Source of the DNA: an uncultured archaeon
Lineage (GTDB): Archaea > Thermoplasmatota > Thermoplasmata > Thermoplasmatales > Thermoplasmataceae
Direction of reading: 5' to 3'
Length of the DNA stretch: 64,000 nt
Assembly: GCA_000965745.1 (NCBI GenBank)
Contig: CP009479.1
Coordinates: 1,664,001-1,728,000, forward strand
The notes under the pieces were generated by a model, which was not told the origin of the DNA, did no database searches, and was given only the letters and a program-made list of their open reading frames with translations. Both the position numbers and the translations under genes were made by a program. Positions 48,260-58,839 of the stretch are shown here, in pieces. Position 1 is the first letter of the stretch, and each line of letters opens with the position of its first letter.

Positions 48260-51076
48260 ATGACCATTGGAGACGAAGGCAGCAAAAGGCCTGAACCGGT
48301 GGTTGGAGGCCAGAGGCCGAGCGGACCTAACAGGACAATGACGGCAATAGTCGCAATTTTGGTTGTCATCATTGTTGTTATGTCTGTTCTGTATCTCACA
48401 AAACCAACATCAAGCACAGCCCCTTCAGTAAATCAGTCTGTATCCGGCGATTTATCCGCCACAGTGGGGACACCTTTTCATTACACTGTAAATGTGGGGA
48501 CCTCCTTCAAAACGGTGCAGGTATTCTTTGGAGATGGTAGCTCAGTAACAGTCCCGTACAGCGGGAGCAACTACGTAAATGTCACGCACACTTATATGCA
48601 GCCGGGGCAAGGCATTGTGTCCTACCAGGTTACATATAACAACGGAGCAACTGCAGTTGCTGCAGGAAACCTTTACCCCATCAAGGTACTGGCTTCTGCG
48701 ACTACTGTATCGAATCAGCAGTCTCTCGGTGTTGTGAACTATAACTACGGTGCATCCAGCCCGAGCATAGCTTCCGGACAGCCTGTATTCAAAGTGGGAT
48801 CATTTGTGAACTTCACCGTTGGATACTTTGGAGAGCCGGCCAACTCCAGCTACCAGATTGTAATGCAGAATATTTCTGTCAGCTATGGAAGTGGAAAGGA
48901 GTATTCCATGCCGTATAACTGGAATGACAGCCAGCAGATGTATCTGGCGGGAACTCATCCCGATCTGAACTTCACGTTCAACAATTCAGGTGTTTACAGC
49001 GTGAACGTAATAACATACACTGCTGAGGTCAACGGCACAACCGGCAAGATCCTTTCACCGCTATCCGCTACCAGCTACTTCTACAACGTTGCCATATTTG
49101 ACAACGGAGCCATCAGCGGAGTATCTACAAGCGGAGTTTTCACAAGGGTTGCAACTACACCATACGACTCTCTGGATCCAGCAATCGGATATGGAGTGAA
49201 TGACTATCAGATCACGCTAGCAACATACCAGACACTTGTTACTTGGAACGGATCCCATTCTACCCAGTTCAAGCCGGAACTGGCTTCGCAGCTTCCCAGC
49301 ACATCCAACGGCGAAATCAACACCAACTACGCCAACTATACCCGCACTTACATGAACGGTGCCGGCGTACAGGTGACCTACAACGTGAACATCACCCCGG
49401 GTGAAAACTACACTTTCCAGATAAGGAACAATGCAACCTGGCAGGATGGAACTCCTGTTACGGCATGGGACGTGATGTACTCATTCACGAGGACGCTGCT
49501 GTTCGACCAGGGCTCTCCGGGAACACCGGGCTGGATTCTGGCACAGTATCTGCTGCCCGGCGGTAAGCTATCCGCCAACACGTTCTACAACATCACGCAG
49601 AACATGACTGTAGACAACTCATCCAACTCGATAACACTGCACTTCCAGGTTCCTATGAGCACTGACCTTGCTTTCAACCTGGTAGCCGCAATTGGATCTC
49701 AGATTACAAGCGCTTCATGGCTTGAAGCCCATGGAGCCGGAATAACATGGAATGCAAGTGGTTTCCAGGCATACCAGAGCCATGGGCTTGTTGCAAACTA
49801 CCTGACCTATCCGCAGAATCATGTGATGTCAGATGGACCGTTTGAGATAGCATACATCGTACCATCCTCGGAAGTTGTGTTGGTGCCTAATCCGCACTAT
49901 GTTGCTCCGGGACCCTGGATGCCCAAGGCGACCGTTTCAAAGGTTATACTGATGTACACATCGCAGATATCATCCATGCAGCTCATGATGCAGTCTGGCC
50001 AGGCTAACAGCGCTGCCATACCGTCGGCAAACTGGCAGGGAGTCCAGAGCCTTCAGGCGCAGGGAAAAGCTAACGTCTATAACTTCACCATGCTTGGTAT
50101 CTACTACTTTTCATACAACATGAACATAAACATTACAGGCATGCACAAATTCGCCAGCCAGGCAAACGTTCCGCAGTACCTCTTCACAAATCTGACGGCG
50201 AGGAGGGCTTTCTCGTATTCCTTTGACTATTCCTATTACATCAGCCACCAGGTTGGGAATGCCATATATGGAATAGATTTCGCAAGTGAGTACGCGGGAA
50301 TGCTGCCAAAGGGCATGCTTGGATATCAGTCCATCGCTGACCTGAATGCGAGCACCGGAGGACAGGTTCCGTACTTCAACCTGCAGGTTGCAAAACAGAA
50401 CTGGAATAACCTCGTTAATGGTACGTTCAACAAGAACAGCCCGGACCCAATTACATGGTCCCCATCTCAGAATGAGTTCCTGTACAATGGCCATCCGCTG
50501 AGCATACCAATTGCAATATTTGCAGGAATTCCACAGGAAGTTGCTGGAGCAAGCACTTGGGAGTCCTACCTGCAGCAGGTCATTCCTGGAATAACTCTGC
50601 CGCAGCTGGTGCTTTCAGCGAACATTGTGATATCTGCGACAGCCCCGAACGGTGGAACGCCATGGCCAATATGGTCTGCAACCTGGTATCCGGACTATCC
50701 GTACCCGAGCGACTACCTTGGCCCGATGGCTGAACCTACAAACAATACGTTCATACCGGGGCCAAACAGCTTCACGCCATACACACTGACGCAGACTGGC
50801 CACATAAACCAGGCAGCAAATGCAACAGCGATGGTGAACTGGTACGAGGCAGGATACTATGAGGCAAACACGACACAGGCACTTGTGTATTTCCACAAGA
50901 TGAATGCAATGCTCGTTAACATGACCGCAATGCTGTTCCTTGAGCAGCTCAACGGATTCTGGGTCATGAGCCCCAACGTTAACGGGACATATGTGAACCT
51001 GTACCAGTCGAACCTCATGTATTCGAGTGGTGGAGACTTATTACTTAACTGGATAAGGATGAATACAACATCCTAA
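48260..51076 (+). CDS. Large family-5 ABC solute-binding protein with N-terminal PKD-like domains
   Basis: N-terminal TM, FFGDGS PKD-like motif, SLDPA, IRNNATWQDGTPVTAWDVMYSF, GPF, WYPDYPYPSDY. Confidence 0.85.
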   Translation: MTIGDEGSKRPEPVVGGQRPSGPNRTMTAIVAILVVIIVVMSVLYLTKPTSSTAPSVNQSVSGDLSATVGTPFHYTVNVGTSFKTVQVFFGDGSSVTVPYSGSNYVNVTHTYMQPGQGIVSYQVTYNNGATAVAAGNLYPIKVLASATTVSNQQSLGVVNYNYGASSPSIASGQPVFKVGSFVNFTVGYFGEPANSSYQIVMQNISVSYGSGKEYSMPYNWNDSQQMYLAGTHPDLNFTFNNSGVYSVNVITYTAEVNGTTGKILSPLSATSYFYNVAIFDNGAISGVSTSGVFTRVATTPYDSLDPAIGYGVNDYQITLATYQTLVTWNGSHSTQFKPELASQLPSTSNGEINTNYANYTRTYMNGAGVQVTYNVNITPGENYTFQIRNNATWQDGTPVTAWDVMYSFTRTLLFDQGSPGTPGWILAQYLLPGGKLSANTFYNITQNMTVDNSSNSITLHFQVPMSTDLAFNLVAAIGSQITSASWLEAHGAGITWNASGFQAYQSHGLVANYLTYPQNHVMSDGPFEIAYIVPSSEVVLVPNPHYVAPGPWMPKATVSKVILMYTSQISSMQLMMQSGQANSAAIPSANWQGVQSLQAQGKANVYNFTMLGIYYFSYNMNINITGMHKFASQANVPQYLFTNLTARRAFSYSFDYSYYISHQVGNAIYGIDFASEYAGMLPKGMLGYQSIADLNASTGGQVPYFNLQVAKQNWNNLVNGTFNKNSPDPITWSPSQNEFLYNGHPLSIPIAIFAGIPQEVAGASTWESYLQQVIPGITLPQLVLSANIVISATAPNGGTPWPIWSATWYPDYPYPSDYLGPMAEPTNNTFIPGPNSFTPYTLTQTGHINQAANATAMVNWYEAGYYEANTTQALVYFHKMNAMLVNMTAMLFLEQLNGFWVMSPNVNGTYVNLYQSNLMYSSGGDLLLNWIRMNTTS

Positions 51077-51162
51077 CCTATTTTTTTTAAAACCACATTT
51101 TTTAGAATCCATATCCTGTCAGGCGAATATTCATAAGTTAACTGTCAATTCTTGCAACTATC

Positions 51163-52296
51163 ATGCCGGCCCACGCAAAGGAATTCTTTGAGGCTAACCT
51201 GGATGAAATTATATCTGATATTCGTGAGCTAGTCACCTGTGAATCTCCTTCCAACGATCCTGAAGCACTACTGAAATGCTCAAGGCTTATCGAGTCAATA
51301 GTTGAAAAAAGGCTTTCAACAAAGGCAGAAAAGGTGGAAGTCAAGGGGAAGAGCCCGATCCTGGTCTTCAGATTTCCGGGAAATACAAATTCCATGCCTG
51401 CACTGCTTCTCACACATTATGACACGGTGCATTCCATGGGCGTAATCAACGAATTTCCATTCTCATACAAATCGGGAATACTTCAGGGGCCTGGTGTATT
51501 CGACATGAAGACAGGGCTGGTGCAAGGGATATGGGCCTTGAAGTACCTGTGGGATAACGGCCTCATAACCAGGCCGGTCATACTCATGAGCACTCCGGAC
51601 GAGGAAACCGGGAGCAAAGGTTCAAGAAAAACCATCGAAGAAATTGCTGGTCAATGCGAATATGCTGTGGTGCTGGAGGCAAGCGCTGAAGGCATGATTA
51701 AAACCGGTAGAAAAGGCACTGGCCGTTTTACTGTAAAGGTGGTCGGAAAAGCCGCTCACGCTGGCCTTGAGCCGGAAAAGGGAATCAACTCCATTGAAGA
51801 GATGTCGCATATTGTCCTGGAGCTTCAGAAGCTGAATGATAACAAAGAGGGGACAACGGTAAACGTCGGAACAATTCATGGTGGGACGACCTCCAACGTT
51901 GTTCCCGCGGAAGCGGAGATTACTGTAGATATAAGGGTTTGGTCACTGGAAGAGGCTCAACGCATAACTTCCGTATTCAACAGCCTCAAGCCAGCAAACA
52001 AGAATGCCCGGATATCAGTGACCGGGGAGTTCGATCGCCCTCCGATGATCTCAAGCGAGAAAACAAGGAAACTGGTCGACGTGATCAAGGAGATCTCTTT
52101 CGAAATGGGCAAGAAGCTAGAAGACACCTCTGTAGGCGGGGCAAGTGACGGGAACCTGGTTGCACCACTGGGAGTTCCCGTTATAGATGGGTTTGGAGCA
52201 GTTGGTGGAGGTGCACATTCAAGGTCCGAGTGGGTGGATGTAAGTGAAATACCTTTCAGGGCAGCACTGCTGGCAAGAGTGGTAACACAGATCTAA
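51163..52296 (+). CDS. M20 metallopeptidase (carboxypeptidase G2-like)
   Basis: ESPS, HYDTV, GPGVFDMKTG, DEETGS, AAHAG, GGASDGN, GAHS. Confidence 0.92.
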   Translation: MPAHAKEFFEANLDEIISDIRELVTCESPSNDPEALLKCSRLIESIVEKRLSTKAEKVEVKGKSPILVFRFPGNTNSMPALLLTHYDTVHSMGVINEFPFSYKSGILQGPGVFDMKTGLVQGIWALKYLWDNGLITRPVILMSTPDEETGSKGSRKTIEEIAGQCEYAVVLEASAEGMIKTGRKGTGRFTVKVVGKAAHAGLEPEKGINSIEEMSHIVLELQKLNDNKEGTTVNVGTIHGGTTSNVVPAEAEITVDIRVWSLEEAQRITSVFNSLKPANKNARISVTGEFDRPPMISSEKTRKLVDVIKEISFEMGKKLEDTSVGGASDGNLVAPLGVPVIDGFGAVGGGAHSRSEWVDVSEIPFRAALLARVVTQI

Positions 52297-52480
52297 GCGG
52301 TACGGTCTCGCTCTCTGGTTTCAACCTATATTGGTGGAAATAGATCGGTGTTAGTAAACATCTCAACATTATGTTCATTCCGATATTCGTTAATCATATG
52401 ACGAATTCCTCTCTAAAGCCTTTGCAATGGCGTATATCCCCACACATAGATTTAAGTATGACAATTTTTATGAAGGCGCT

Positions 52481-54274
52481 ATGGCAAAATTGCACCATAA
52501 ATTTCTGATAGTTTGGGTAGCAGCGGCTTTTCTTGCAGTAAACTTTATTGCAGTAGCTCATGCGGCCACCCAGCCTGCACCCAGTGGAGAGCTGGTCATA
52601 GGAACAGCTCTTGACACAACATTAAGTGATCTTAATCCACTGACAACAGGGAACAGTCTAGCCAGCGATCTCGTGAAACAGATGTACGCTGATAATCTGA
52701 TGTACATGTGGCCGGATGGAAACCTTACACCATGGCTGGCAAACAGTTACACAGTTACTGAACACAGCAATGGATCTGAATCAATACAGTACAACTTGAA
52801 TCCCAACGCTGATTGGGTAAGTGGTTCAAACGTGACAGGGCCGTTAACATCGAAGGATGTCAAATTCACCTTTGACCTGTTAATGGCAAACAACACGCTT
52901 GACAGCACTGGTGTGACTTCAAATCTAACCTCAGTTGTTGCACCCAACAACACAACAGTTGTGTTCAATTTCAACGCTTCCAGCCCGCTTTGGCTCACAT
53001 ACACATCGCAGCAGGTCATACTCCCATCTTCATGGGCATCCTATGATAATGGAAATCTCGCCTCCCTCGGAGGATTCACCAACCTGAAGGCAAAGATAGG
53101 ACAGGAAATAACAGCAGGTCCTTTCTACCTTAGTAAGTCAACACAGCAGGGAGCAACCCTGACGGCAAACACTCACTTCTGGATGGGTTCACCCAAAATC
53201 GCCAAGGTTTACTTCGAGCAGTTCAAATCGACAGCGGCTTCAACAGAGGCACTGAAAACCGGTGCAATAGCAGCTGAATTCCCGTCGCTGAGCGATTACA
53301 ACTCTCTGTCACTAACAGCAAACATAACAAATGTAGTGTTTCCCGAGCCCTGGATATTCAACCTTTGGATGAATGACCAGGTAAGTCCGTTCAACAACAC
53401 ACACCTTAGGCAAGGATTCGCATACGCAATCAACAAACAGCAGATCATAAAGAAGGCAGAAGACGGCCAGGGGGCTGCCGGACCAAGCAACACATCATAC
53501 GGTGGACTTCCAACAGTGCTTAAGCAGGACTGGGCATCTGGCCTGACATACTACGCCTATAATGTCACCAAGGCAAAACAGGAAATCACAATGGCTGGAT
53601 ACAATCTGAGCAACTCAGGATATTTCACCAACAATACAACCGGTGCTACCCTGAACGTAACAATAGTTGACCCGCCAATCGCAGACTGGGAGGCCGCGGC
53701 GACATTCATCGTAGCAGACCTTCAGGCTGTGGGCGTGAAAGCATCTCTGCAGATAACCCCGATAAGCACATGGGCCTCGGATGTCTTTAACATAAGCAAC
53801 TTCCAGAGCGGAATAATGACATATTTCGGATATGTTCCTTCCTACACCAATGCTTACTATGACCTTGCTGACCTTTACTCGTATGACGGAGGAAGCAACT
53901 TCAATGTCGAGAACTTCAACAGTTCTACTCTGAACAGCTATTTCCAGAATGCATCCAGGACGACAAACACATCAGTGATAAGCTCAAATCTATCTAATGC
54001 ACAGCATCTGATCGACAGTCAGGTCCCAGTAATACAGATAGGAAACGCCTACAACTACTATGCCTACAACAACAAGCAGGTACAGGGATTCGTTTCTAAC
54101 CTGACAATCAACGACCCGTACAACCTGATGCAGGTATATGCCGTAAAGGGAGCGACTGGACCAGGTCTCTCTGGCACAACACTGTATGAAATAATCGGTG
54201 GCGTCGTAGCTGCAATTGTCATCATAGGTGGAGTTGCATACGGGGTTAGGAAAAGAGGCAAGAAGGAAGACTGA
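52481..54274 (+). CDS. Opp/Dpp-type ABC solute-binding protein
   Basis: Signal peptide, LNPL, PWLA, DVKFTF, AGPF, LRQGFAYAIN, C-terminal TM; ATG 52481 lies shortly after TTTAAGTA (52451). Confidence 0.9.
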   Translation: MAKLHHKFLIVWVAAAFLAVNFIAVAHAATQPAPSGELVIGTALDTTLSDLNPLTTGNSLASDLVKQMYADNLMYMWPDGNLTPWLANSYTVTEHSNGSESIQYNLNPNADWVSGSNVTGPLTSKDVKFTFDLLMANNTLDSTGVTSNLTSVVAPNNTTVVFNFNASSPLWLTYTSQQVILPSSWASYDNGNLASLGGFTNLKAKIGQEITAGPFYLSKSTQQGATLTANTHFWMGSPKIAKVYFEQFKSTAASTEALKTGAIAAEFPSLSDYNSLSLTANITNVVFPEPWIFNLWMNDQVSPFNNTHLRQGFAYAINKQQIIKKAEDGQGAAGPSNTSYGGLPTVLKQDWASGLTYYAYNVTKAKQEITMAGYNLSNSGYFTNNTTGATLNVTIVDPPIADWEAAATFIVADLQAVGVKASLQITPISTWASDVFNISNFQSGIMTYFGYVPSYTNAYYDLADLYSYDGGSNFNVENFNSSTLNSYFQNASRTTNTSVISSNLSNAQHLIDSQVPVIQIGNAYNYYAYNNKQVQGFVSNLTINDPYNLMQVYAVKGATGPGLSGTTLYEIIGGVVAAIVIIGGVAYGVRKRGKKED

Positions 54275-54307
54275 TAATGAACGGATATGATATCGAGCGT
54301 GTAAGAT

Positions 54308-55309
54308 ATGATTACTAAAAGATATCTGATAACCCGTTCAATCTATGCTATTGCAACGACCTTCGTTGCAATAGTAATAAATTTTTTATTACCAAGATTA
54401 ACACCAGGAAACCCGGCGGTTACTGCCCTTGCAACAACATATCATTATTTGCCGCCTGGAAAATTGAAATTGCTTGAATCCCAGTTTGGCCTCACTAACG
54501 CACCGTTGTATGTACAGTTTGAAACTTATTTCTGGAACCTTCTGCATGGCAATCTGGGATTTTCTTTCCATTATTACCCTGAGACCGTGACGCAGGTTAT
54601 AGCACAGCATCTTCCATGGACTCTTTTCCTTCTGGGAACCGCCACCCTTATCTCATCATTCCTCGGTGTTGTCATCGGCAGGATCACTGGCTGGATGAGC
54701 GGCACTAAGGGAGAGACAACCCTTTCTTCCATATTTATCGCCCTCACCTCACTTCCCTACTTCTGGTTTGCAATCATCCTGCAGCTGGTTCTCGCTGTGG
54801 ACCTCGTCATAAACGGGTTCAGGTTTTTCCCCATCAATGGTTCTTACTCAGTATTTGTTACCCCGGGTGTAAACCTTCCCTTCATCATTAGTGCATTAAG
54901 GCACAGCCTTTTGCCGCTGATCTCAATTGTGGTCACGGCTTTCCCCGGGTTCGCCCTCACAATGCGTAATACCATGGTGAATCTCAATAAAGAGGATTAT
55001 ATAACGATGGCAAAGGCCAAGGGGTTAAGGGAGTCGCATATTGTAAAGAAATACGCGGCACGAAATGCGGTCCTTCCGGTTTCAACACACATTGTCCTGG
55101 CCTTCGGATATATAGTGGCAGGCGCTTTCTTTGTGGAGATTGTTTTCGGTTACCAGGGGATTGGCTACGTGCTCTATGAAGCCGTAACATCACAGGATTT
55201 CCCACTGACGGATGGAATTTTCCTCGTTATAACTCTAACAGTCATAATCGCGAATTTTGCGGCAGACCTGCTCTATGCATACCTTGATCCAAGGGTACAG
55301 TTAAGGTGA
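54308..55309 (+). CDS. oppB: Opp/Dpp ABC permease B
   Basis: PGNP, GNLGFS, EDYITMAKAKGL, ADLLYAYLDPRV. Confidence 0.92.
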   Translation: MITKRYLITRSIYAIATTFVAIVINFLLPRLTPGNPAVTALATTYHYLPPGKLKLLESQFGLTNAPLYVQFETYFWNLLHGNLGFSFHYYPETVTQVIAQHLPWTLFLLGTATLISSFLGVVIGRITGWMSGTKGETTLSSIFIALTSLPYFWFAIILQLVLAVDLVINGFRFFPINGSYSVFVTPGVNLPFIISALRHSLLPLISIVVTAFPGFALTMRNTMVNLNKEDYITMAKAKGLRESHIVKKYAARNAVLPVSTHIVLAFGYIVAGAFFVEIVFGYQGIGYVLYEAVTSQDFPLTDGIFLVITLTVIIANFAADLLYAYLDPRVQLR

Positions 55310-55315
55310 GGCAAA

Positions 55316-56209
55316 GTGATAGGAAATTATCAAAATGAAACAGAAATAAAGAAGAAAGGCGGGCTTGTGGGTTCTGAAAACCTACTTGTGTCCCTTTTCA
55401 GGAATAAGAAGAGCAGAGCAGGACTCATAGTGTTTGTAATCTTTGCCTTTATTGGAATAGTTGGCCCTTTCCTTGCTCCCTACAGTGCATCATACACAGG
55501 AGGAGCTAATTTCCAGCCGCCTACGAATGCACACCTGCTTGGCACCGATTATATCGGCCACGATGTACTGTCATGGTTCCTTGTGGGGACCGGCGTATCG
55601 CTTTACGTAGGGTTGACGGTAGCCCTGATATCCGTTGCAATAGGGTCGATCGTGGGTCTGGCTTCAGGATATTATGGAGGCATCGTGGACAGCGCATTGA
55701 TGAGAGTAGTAGACATTCTACTCATTCTACCTGGATTCCCGCTTCTTGTCATCCTGTCGGCATATCTTCCCCCAACAAACACTACCACGATCCTCATTCT
55801 GGCAATATTAAGCTGGCCCTTCATGTCAAGGGTGATCAGGTCTCAGGTACTGACTCTAAAGGAACGCCCCTTCATCAAGGCGGCTGTTCTTTCAGGCATG
55901 TCCGGCTCAAAGATCATCTTCAAGGAGATATTCAAGCATGTGATGCCACTGATCGCGATCAACACCGTCTACCTCATGGTTGCAGCAATCGTGGCTCAGG
56001 CAGGATTGGCATTCTTTGGACTTGGAGACCTCAATTCAGTTAATTGGGGCACGTCATTATACTGGGCCCAGACCGAAGATGCTGTGATCTACAATGCCTG
56101 GTGGTGGATTGTTCCCCCCGGAATCTCCATTGCAGTGCTTGGTATAGCAGCTAATCTTTTCGGGTCAGGGCTCACGGAAGTGTCAGGTGAAAAGGCAGGT
56201 GAAATCTGA
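55316..56209 (+). CDS. oppC: Opp/Dpp ABC permease C
   Basis: HLLGTDYIGHD, MRVVD, RSQVLTLKE, WWWIVPPG. Confidence 0.92.
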   Translation: MIGNYQNETEIKKKGGLVGSENLLVSLFRNKKSRAGLIVFVIFAFIGIVGPFLAPYSASYTGGANFQPPTNAHLLGTDYIGHDVLSWFLVGTGVSLYVGLTVALISVAIGSIVGLASGYYGGIVDSALMRVVDILLILPGFPLLVILSAYLPPTNTTTILILAILSWPFMSRVIRSQVLTLKERPFIKAAVLSGMSGSKIIFKEIFKHVMPLIAINTVYLMVAAIVAQAGLAFFGLGDLNSVNWGTSLYWAQTEDAVIYNAWWWIVPPGISIAVLGIAANLFGSGLTEVSGEKAGEI

Positions 56210-57180
56210 TGAATGACTTATTGTCCATAAGAGGTCTAGAAACAGTGTTTGACACCAAGAGGGGAACAGTCAAGGCCCTGCGTTCGCTGGATCTTGATAT
56301 CCACAAGGGGGAAACTCTGGCCCTGGTCGGGGAATCCGGCTCTGGAAAATCCACTCTCGGGCTCTCGATAATGAGGCTTATAGAAAGTCCGGGCAGGATT
56401 GCAGAAGGAAGTATAATACTACACGCTACTGAAGATGTGGATGTCACTTCCCTTAAGGGTGGCAAACTGAGGAGATTCAGGTGGAAGAAGGTTGCAATGG
56501 TATTCCAGTCCGCCATGAATGTCCTTAATCCGGTAATGAGAATAGAAGACCAGTTCATAGACGCATTAGAGGCACATGATATTGACAAGTCAGAAATCTC
56601 CGGAAGGATAGACCATTATCTGAAGCTTGCGGGCCTTGGGCCCAAGGTAAGGAGGCTTTACCCGCATGAACTGAGTGGCGGGATGAGACAGAGAGTGAAT
56701 ATCGCCCTTGCACTCAGCTGCGAACCGGATCTACTTATTGCGGATGAACCTACTACCGCACTGGATGTTGTGGTCCAGAAGGAGATACTGAAATCCCTGA
56801 ACACATTGAAGAAACAGCTCGGGCTTACCATAATTTTCATTACCCATGATATATCGGTGGCCGCTTCCGTGGCAGACAGGATGGCCATTTTCTATGCAGG
56901 CAGGATTGTGGAGATAGGGCCTAAGGAAGAGGTCATAAACAGGCCGAGGCATCCGTACTCCAAGGCACTTCTTTCATCCATAATCACCCTGAATACAAAG
57001 CGGGGTCAGGATCTCATTTCGCTAAAGGGGAATCCGCCTGATCTGATCACGCCCATTGAAGGCTGCAGTTTCCACAACAGATGCCCTTCTGCCCGACCAG
57101 AATGCCTGAAATACAAACCGGTTGAGAGTTTAGTATCGTCCGACCACTACGTAGAGTGTCTATACCCGATTGGTGAATAG
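56209..57180 (+). CDS. oppD: Opp/Dpp ABC ATPase D
   Basis: GESGSGKS, YPHELSGGMRQR, ADEPTTALD, HPY, C-terminal Cys cluster. Confidence 0.95.
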   Translation: MNDLLSIRGLETVFDTKRGTVKALRSLDLDIHKGETLALVGESGSGKSTLGLSIMRLIESPGRIAEGSIILHATEDVDVTSLKGGKLRRFRWKKVAMVFQSAMNVLNPVMRIEDQFIDALEAHDIDKSEISGRIDHYLKLAGLGPKVRRLYPHELSGGMRQRVNIALALSCEPDLLIADEPTTALDVVVQKEILKSLNTLKKQLGLTIIFITHDISVAASVADRMAIFYAGRIVEIGPKEEVINRPRHPYSKALLSSIITLNTKRGQDLISLKGNPPDLITPIEGCSFHNRCPSARPECLKYKPVESLVSSDHYVECLYPIGE

Positions 57181-57192
57181 GATTGATGTTTC

Positions 57193-58203
57193 ATGTTTGC
57201 TAAATCAGAAAGGAAAGTTGAAGAGAACGTTTCAAGCAGCTCGGTCTCAGGCACTGATGTCATGAGATTCGAGAATGTGACAAAGATTTACAAAAGCGGC
57301 CCCATCGTGAATTATGCACTTGACGACGTGAGCTTCAGCCTTAGAAAGGGGGAGACCATCTCCATAGTCGGGGAAAGTGGCAGCGGCAAAACAACCTTGG
57401 GAATGGCAGCGATAAATTTATTGAACTATGACAGGGGAACAATCTATTTTGAAAACATGCCGGTAAAAAAACTCAACAGGAAACAGAGAAAGAAATTCAG
57501 GGCTGGTTCACAGATGATTTTCCAGGATCCATATGGATCTCTTAACCCATACAATTCGGTATATGACTCTGTAGTAGCTCCTCTAAACAGTTTCAGGCCA
57601 GATTTGTCTCGTTCACAGAAAAGGGAGGAGGTCCTCAAAATGCTTGACAAAGTAGGGCTAAGGCCTGCGGAGTCATACATTGACGAATTTCCGAAGAAAC
57701 TGTCAGGTGGCCAGAGGCAGAGAGTCTCGATAGCCCGTGCATTGATCATGCGCCCTGAGCTCATCATCGCCGATGAACCAACTTCTATGCTCGACGTGTC
57801 TGTCAGTTCAACCGTTATGACACTGCTGAATCATCTTAAAGAGGAGATGAATTTCTCCATGCTGTACATCTCCCACGAGCTAGCAACAGCACGTTACATT
57901 TCCGAAAGAATGGCGGTTATGAACCTTGGAAGGATAGTAGAAATCGGAGGGTCAGACAGCATCGTGGATCACCCTTTGCACCCGTACACGAAGCTACTGC
58001 TCACCTCGATGCCCGATGTCAATAACAGCAACTCGGAGGAAATGGACGTGACACTGGATTTCGACATCTACAATGGAGGGATAAAGGGCTGCAGTTTCGC
58101 TACCATGTGCCCCTTTGTCAGGGAGAACTGCAAAGAATCAAGGCCCGAATTGAACAAAGTGGAAGAAGACCACTACGTCGCCTGTTTCTACCCGTTGACA
58201 TAA
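57193..58203 (+). CDS. oppF: Opp/Dpp ABC ATPase F
   Basis: GESGSGKT, QDPYGSLNP, LSGGQRQR, ADEPTSMLD, HPY. Confidence 0.95.
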   Translation: MFAKSERKVEENVSSSSVSGTDVMRFENVTKIYKSGPIVNYALDDVSFSLRKGETISIVGESGSGKTTLGMAAINLLNYDRGTIYFENMPVKKLNRKQRKKFRAGSQMIFQDPYGSLNPYNSVYDSVVAPLNSFRPDLSRSQKREEVLKMLDKVGLRPAESYIDEFPKKLSGGQRQRVSIARALIMRPELIIADEPTSMLDVSVSSTVMTLLNHLKEEMNFSMLYISHELATARYISERMAVMNLGRIVEIGGSDSIVDHPLHPYTKLLLTSMPDVNNSNSEEMDVTLDFDIYNGGIKGCSFATMCPFVRENCKESRPELNKVEEDHYVACFYPLT

Positions 58204-58267
58204 CGAAGGCCTTAGTAATGCATTCAAGGTACAATTCCAGCATTTTTCCTGGAGCAGGAGGGTAAGG

Positions 58268-58822
58268 ATGCAGTCAGATACGGCCGTTGTTATATTGGGA
58301 ATGAGGGTTGGATTGGGCGGCCCCGGGGAAGAACTTGCAGGAAGGATCAGGGTTGCCATGTCAGTCGCATCAAGGATCGACCCAGAATACATAGTACTGA
58401 CCGGAGGGGTTACAAGCCATGAGACCTCAAGCTCCGAAGCCGAAGAGATGTTCACACACATCATAGAGAATTACCCTGAGAGTGACAACACATTTATCCT
58501 GGAGGATGAGGCTCTCGATACTCTTGGGAATGGCATTTTCACACGTGAGAAGCTGAAGGAATACCCTGAGATAACTAAATTACACATTGTCACCAGTTGC
58601 TACCATCTTCACAGAAGCCAATTTATCTTTGCCAGGAGTTTTTCGAACGAATACCTGACCATTGTCGAAGAATGCTTCGACTGCGACTCCAATAACGCAA
58701 CAATGGAGCAGCAAAAGCTGGCCGAAGCCCATGAATTTTTCAGGAGGGCGGAGGAGTCAGGGACCTGCTATATGGATGCACTGCTGGAAACTGAGATATA
58801 CCTTGGAAAGAAGGTATATTGA
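58268..58822 (+). CDS. YdcF/SanA/ElyC (DUF218) family protein
   Basis: VVILG, VLTGG, SEAEEM, LEDEALDTLGN, VTSCYHLHR. Confidence 0.85.
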   Translation: MQSDTAVVILGMRVGLGGPGEELAGRIRVAMSVASRIDPEYIVLTGGVTSHETSSSEAEEMFTHIIENYPESDNTFILEDEALDTLGNGIFTREKLKEYPEITKLHIVTSCYHLHRSQFIFARSFSNEYLTIVEECFDCDSNNATMEQQKLAEAHEFFRRAEESGTCYMDALLETEIYLGKKVY

Positions 58823-58839
58823 ATTTCAGGACAGTTCCT

